NCBI GenBank assembly: GCA_964452145.1
Contig: CAYVLA010000086.1
Span: forward strand, 1-13,879
Direction: 5' to 3'
Origin: Candidatus Hadarchaeota archaeon
GTDB taxonomy: Archaea > CAYQAE01 > CAYVLA01
DNA length: 13,879 nt
A model generated the notes under the pieces. It was not told the DNA's origin. It saw nothing but the letters and a program-made list of their open reading frames with translations, and ran no database searches. Shown here one piece after another: positions 13,650-13,879 of this stretch. Made by a program: the position numbers and the translations under genes. Position 1 is the stretch's first letter; each line of letters begins with the position of its first letter.

Positions 13650-13879
13650 AGATCTTCCTTCGTTCTTTCAACGGAGTGGAATCGCTGCTTTCTTCTCGTT
13701 CTGCTGGAAACGGCGACGCCCAGAGTGTTGGCATGCTTGCGAAAGCTAGACGATGTGTCTACCCTCCCAGACCTTCCCGACTCGCAGGATTGGTTCCTAT
13801 GTGCTGAACGTATCGTTAGTCCAAGCTAAGGTTGTTCGGCCGATTAGACCTCGAGTGGAGCATGCTTTGGTTCTGTTAA

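Noticed and set aside
12489..13840. Weak inverted similarity between ~12489-12532 and ~13797-13840 (core ATCGTTAG) flanking the membrane gene; GCCTAAC also resembles an attC end
   Set aside because: Only about 21 of 31 core positions match, which is expected by chance in a window this size. No transposase, target duplication or complete attC fold.

Overview
Accessory region of a moderately GC-rich genome that is most likely archaeal. This is inferred from BRE/TATA-type promoters 25-40 nt upstream of several starts, apparently leaderless genes, GGTGA/GGAGG Shine-Dalgarno motifs and archaeal-type vapBC/hicBA genes. The left ~3.8 kb is a dense, partly decaying toxin-antitoxin hotspot: two vapBC pairs, an AbrB + PIN pair, hicB with a truncated hicA, a frameshifted orphan antitoxin, and a short IS110-like transposase remnant. 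Next is a SEC-C (zinc-binding) protein with a C-terminal MbcA/Xre-antitoxin-like segment. It is bracketed by two copies of a ~46-bp non-coding, twin-hairpin direct repeat showing one compensatory base-pair change. The right half encodes a membrane-anchored HxlR-like winged-helix/coiled-coil protein, a secreted ~14-blade WD40 protein with a C-terminal anchor coupled to a small HTH gene, and an HD-domain protein with an altered motif. It also encodes a 48-aa acidic peptide ending KKKPWWRFW that is missing from the ORF track, a small hypothetical protein, and a membrane protein built from three repeated TM hairpins. No rRNA, tRNA, CRISPR array or intact transposase was seen. All family calls are by motif recognition; no database searches were run.
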